23,861 nucleotides of DNA, taken from assembly GCA_965200245.1 (NCBI GenBank), contig CBDATS010000011.1, positions 1-23,861 on the forward strand, read 5' to 3'. The notes beneath the pieces were generated by a model. It had not been told where the DNA came from and ran no database searches. It saw nothing but the letters and a program-made list of their open reading frames with translations. Below are positions 19,882-23,861 of the stretch, one piece after another. Position 1 is the first letter of the stretch; each line of letters starts with the position of its first letter. The translations under genes were made by a program, and so were the position numbers. The DNA is from a bacterium (GTDB lineage: Bacteria > UBA8248).

Positions 19882-20137
19882 CGGCCCTCCCCTCCGCAGC
19901 GGAAATCACCGCCGCCCATTCGGGCCACAGGACAGGTGTGCGCGGAATCCGCCTCGACGCACTAAAACCGCCGGCAGACCCGTCGAAATGTCGGAAATCA
20001 GCCGGAAATCCAGCCGCGGAGACCCGAAAGCCGCCGCATCCAGTCTCCGTCAACCGCCGTTGAACTGTTCTAAAATGCAGAATCAGGGGGTTTTTAAACT
20101 GGCACCAACTATCTGAACACCATTACATGGCGGAGGA

Positions 20138-23100
20138 CGGTTCATCCCCGCGTGTGTGGGGAACGCATCCCCGGTCATTTACTAGATTAACTATAAAACG
20201 GTTCATCCCCGCGTGTGTGGGGAACGCGGTTTTTCGGCGAATTCCGGCAGCGCGCCGCTCGGTTCATCCCCGCGTGTGTGGGGAACGCCCATGTCCGGTA
20301 AATAGCGCGAGCTCTGAAGGCGGTTCATCCCCGCGTGTGTGGGGAACGCTAACGTCGTCCGCTGGGAGTTCCGAGACGGATCGGTTCATCCCCGCGTGTG
20401 TGGGGAACGCCCCCATGATTTTGGTAAGGTATTCCACCACCTCGGTTCATCCCCGCGTGTGTGGGGAACGCTCGAAACCGGCAAAGAACACCTGAAATAT
20501 TACCGGTTCATCCCCGCGTGTGTGGGGAACGCACCGATTTCGGTGCCGACCGTCCGGCTTTCCTCGGTTCATCCCCGCGTGTGTGGGGAACGCCGGCATT
20601 GTCGATTTGATATATGCCGACCCTCCGGTTCATCCCCGCGTGTGTGGGGAACGCCTCAGGTCGTCAAGGCAATCGCCAGGAATTTTCGGTTCATCCCCGC
20701 GTGTGTGGGGAACGCTGTCTGATTTCGCCTGTGGCCAGATTCCAGCACGGTTCATCCCCGCGTGTGTGGGGAACGCCACTCCCCACACGCTTTCCGTTAC
20801 TGCTAACGCGGTTCATCCCCGCGTGTGTGGGGAACGCCGCACAGCCTAGACCTTCCGCACGGAGTCAGACGGTTCATCCCCGCGTGTGTGGGGAACGCCT
20901 TTTCACAGATTTAACGCTGTGAGCGCCGAACGGTTCATCCCCGCGTGTGTGGGGAACGCACCACAGGCAATGCACCCGGTGCAGGAATCACCGGTTCATC
21001 CCCGCGTGTGTGGGGAACGCAGCACGAATGCGCCGGCGGCGAGCAGCCAGAGCGGTTCATCCCCGCGTGTGTGGGGAACGCCGGCTGTGGTCGTTGTCGC
21101 ATTGCCCGGAATGCGGTTCATCCCCGCGTGTGTGGGGAACGCGCCGCATACCTCACAAAAGCCCTGCAACCCGTCGGTTCATCCCCGCGTGTGTGGGGAA
21201 CGCTTCGTATGTTTTCGATCGTATTTTCCATCGGTCGGTTCATCCCCGCGTGTGTGGGGAACGCTGATCCATACATTCAAAGATCGCATTGGGAAGCGGT
21301 TCATCCCCGCGTGTGTGGGGAACGCTATCATCGGGGTCGCGAAAACTGAGATTGGCGCGGTTCATCCCCGCGTGTGTGGGGAACGCCCGCTTGCAGTGCC
21401 GATCGAGCGCATAGACGGCGGTTCATCCCCGCGTGTGTGGGGAACGCCTCTTCCGCCCAAAAAAACCACTGCTGCCCTGCGGTTCATCCCCGCGTGTGTG
21501 GGGAACGCTCCGATAGTAGACGCCGGTCCGAGCCAGTAGCCGGTTCATCCCCGCGTGTGTGGGGAACGCCCTTACTTACTCACCATTATAAGCTCGGTGA
21601 CCGGTTCATCCCCGCGTGTGTGGGGAACGCGAGCGACCAGGTTCCGGCGACCACGTTCCTGACGGTTCATCCCCGCGTGTGTGGGGAACGCTTCCGCATA
21701 GCGTTTTAACCCCGGCCAGAATCCGGTTCATCCCCGCGTGTGTGGGGAACGCCATCCAGCCGTTCAGGGCTCGGAAACTCATCACGGTTCATCCCCGCGT
21801 GTGTGGGGAACGCGCTTGCCGCGCCGGACGTAAGAGCTTGGACTTCGGTTCATCCCCGCGTGTGTGGGGAACGCAGCGTGTTCGGTGTCGCGTTTAGCGG
21901 CTCGTTCGGTTCATCCCCGCGTGTGTGGGGAACGCGCTTGCCGCGCCGGACGTAAGAGCTTGGACTTCGGTTCATCCCCGCGTGTGTGGGGAACGCTCCC
22001 ATTCCGTTAAGGTCGGTGCGCGGAAATTCGGTTCATCCCCGCGTGTGTGGGGAACGCTGTGGGTGTTTTCCTGTGTTGCTGCTGCGCTGCGGTTCATCCC
22101 CGCGTGTGTGGGGAACGCATGGGTGGCAGTCAGGGTAGGAACTGCTGGAGCGGTTCATCCCCGCGTGTGTGGGGAACGCTTCCAGACTCTTCCACTGGTG
22201 CAACCACTCAGCGGTTCATCCCCGCGTGTGTGGGGAACGCACGACAATAGACCGGCGGCGGTCATCCACAATCGGTTCATCCCCGCGTGTGTGGGGAACG
22301 CATCCGCACTGCCTATGCAATGGGCGACGTTGTCGGTTCATCCCCGCGTGTGTGGGGAACGCAAAAGAAATCATCGAAACTGTGAGCGACCAGACGGTTC
22401 ATCCCCGCGTGTGTGGGGAACGCATAGCCGAGGACGCCGCCGTCGCTGTCGAGGACGGTTCATCCCCGCGTGTGTGGGGAACGCCCGCATAGTAGATCAT
22501 AGCGTTGTCTCCTATTCGGTTCATCCCCGCGTGTGTGGGGAACGCGCTTTTGCTGGATTCGGAGTCGGAGAATTGGGCGGTTCATCCCCGCGTGTGTGGG
22601 GAACGCCCAGATCGCGGGTCAGGTAGCGCTCGGCGGTCCGGTTCATCCCCGCGTGTGTGGGGAACGCAGTCACATAAGCGGTCGTCGAACTCCAAGCTCC
22701 GGTTCATCCCCGCGTGTGTGGGGAACGCTACCCTGCCAACCATCCCGGGTAATGCTACCACGGTTCATCCCCGCGTGTGTGGGGAACGCTGGCCAGCCTA
22801 GCCAAAACCGGCGGCTCTCTCCGGTTCATCCCCGCGTGTGTGGGGAACGCCGACTCCGGCCAAACGAATTGCGCGTTTTCGTCGGTTCATCCCCGCGTGT
22901 GTGGGGAACGCTTTGATAAGTTCGTAGTGAGGCTTACCCGAAGCGGTTCATCCCCGCGTGTGTGGGGAACGCGCGTCAATATCATTGCAGGAACATTGGC
23001 AGGGCGGTTCATCCCCGCGTGTGTGGGGAACGCGGTGCCGACCGATAACGTGTCTATATCAAGCGCGGTTCATCCCCGCGTGTGTGGGGAACGCATTATC

Positions 23101-23861
23101 AGCCGGAGAAGGCCGCGGAACGCGTCCGGTTCATCCCCGCGTGTGTGGGGAACGCATGGCCGCAGTGCCGGGCGCGACCAAAAATTCCGGTTCATCCCCG
23201 CGTGTGTGGGGAACGCCCGCAAGCTGGGGTCAAGCGGGATCAGAGCTCCGGTTCATCCCCGCGTGTGTGGGGAACGCGCCGATTTCGGTTCCAACGCTGC
23301 GGGTTTCCTCGGTTCATCCCCGCGTGTGTGGGGAACGCTGGAACGCCTGACTCGACAGTCAGAACCTGTCCGGTTCATCCCCGCGTGTGTGGGGAACGCG
23401 CTGCCACCTGTTGGCGCAGAAGTCGGAATGCGGTTCATCCCCGCGTGTGTGGGGAACGCTCTTGTGGTCAGGCGTGTTATGGATTATTGAACGGTTCATC
23501 CCCGCGTGTGTGGGGAACGCCTCCAGCCATTGCATTGCTGCATTCAATTGTTCGGTTCATCCCCGCGTGTGTGGGGAACGCTGGACCGCCGGACTGGAAG
23601 GGGAACGATCGGTCGGTTCATCCCCGCGTGTGTGGGGAACGCCGCTATGAATACCGAATCGACTAGCTCATGCGCGGTTCATCCCCGCGTGTGTGGGGAA
23701 CGCCAAAAACCATTTTTTTACTCCGTTTCTGTTAACGGTTCATCCCCGCGTGTGTGGGGAACGCATTTTTTTGCGGACATCGGACATTGTGCCGTCCGGT
23801 TCATCCCCGCGTGTGTGGGGAACGCATGCACGGTCGCGTTTTGCGCAATCCATCTATCGGT
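20138..23861 (-). CRISPR. Type I-E CRISPR array, leader-proximal segment (61 complete repeats plus a partial at 23858; continues beyond the window)
   Basis: Same 29-bp repeat and 61-bp period as the left segment; the window ends inside a repeat (CGGT). Confidence 0.97.

Larger units (their letters stand above)
18296..20105 (+). mobile_element. Complete 1810-bp insertion sequence (ISNCY, ISDol1-group-like) inserted in the CRISPR array
   Basis: Flanked by the direct repeat CAACTA (18290-18295 and 20106-20111). Imperfect terminal inverted repeats GTGTCTGCTGGAAAA / GTGCCAGTTTAAAAA (10/15). Single transposase ORF. Removing the element and one duplicate restores repeat + 32-bp spacer + repeat. The group assignment is from memory of family features. 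Confidence 0.92.

Noticed and set aside
13154-23430. Spacers translating to PAGW / APPGWQ / APTG (tail-collar-like) and other 10-13 nt shared words among spacers
   Set aside because: Too short; expected by chance among about 179 spacers in six frames, and one case needs a frameshift.
11016-23666. Dozens of ORFs with repeating GSSPRVWGT / RFIPACVGNA / VHPRVCGER peptides
   Set aside because: These are translations of the stop-free CRISPR repeat in three frames, not repeat proteins.
11120-23861. Self-targeting spacers against genes or the IS in this window
   Set aside because: None noticed by eye, but the comparison was not exhaustive; BLASTN of spacers against the genome is needed.

Overview
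Bacterial chromosomal window, probably proteobacterial. The left 11 kb holds a truncated IS256-family transposase, a GmrSD-type (DUF262 + HNH/DUF1524) putative type IV restriction nuclease with an extra C-terminal domain, a ThDP-dependent acetolactate-synthase-like enzyme, and a minus-strand carbohydrate ABC transporter operon (binding protein, two permeases, ATPase). The operon ends in a YihU-like beta-hydroxyacid reductase and is divergent from an RspR/YdfH-like GntR regulator. The right 12.7 kb is a very large type I-E CRISPR array: by hand count 179 complete 29-bp repeats plus one partial at the window edge, with mostly 32-bp spacers. It is probably transcribed on the minus strand, with the leader beyond the right edge; no cas genes are in the window. 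A complete 1810-bp DDE insertion sequence (ISNCY/ISDol1-like, 6-bp target duplication CAACTA) splits the array exactly at a repeat/spacer junction. The spacers show duplications, a 44-nt chimera, an opposite-strand overlap, and sets that encode the same peptide with different codons. All counts and alignments were done by eye; no database searches were run.
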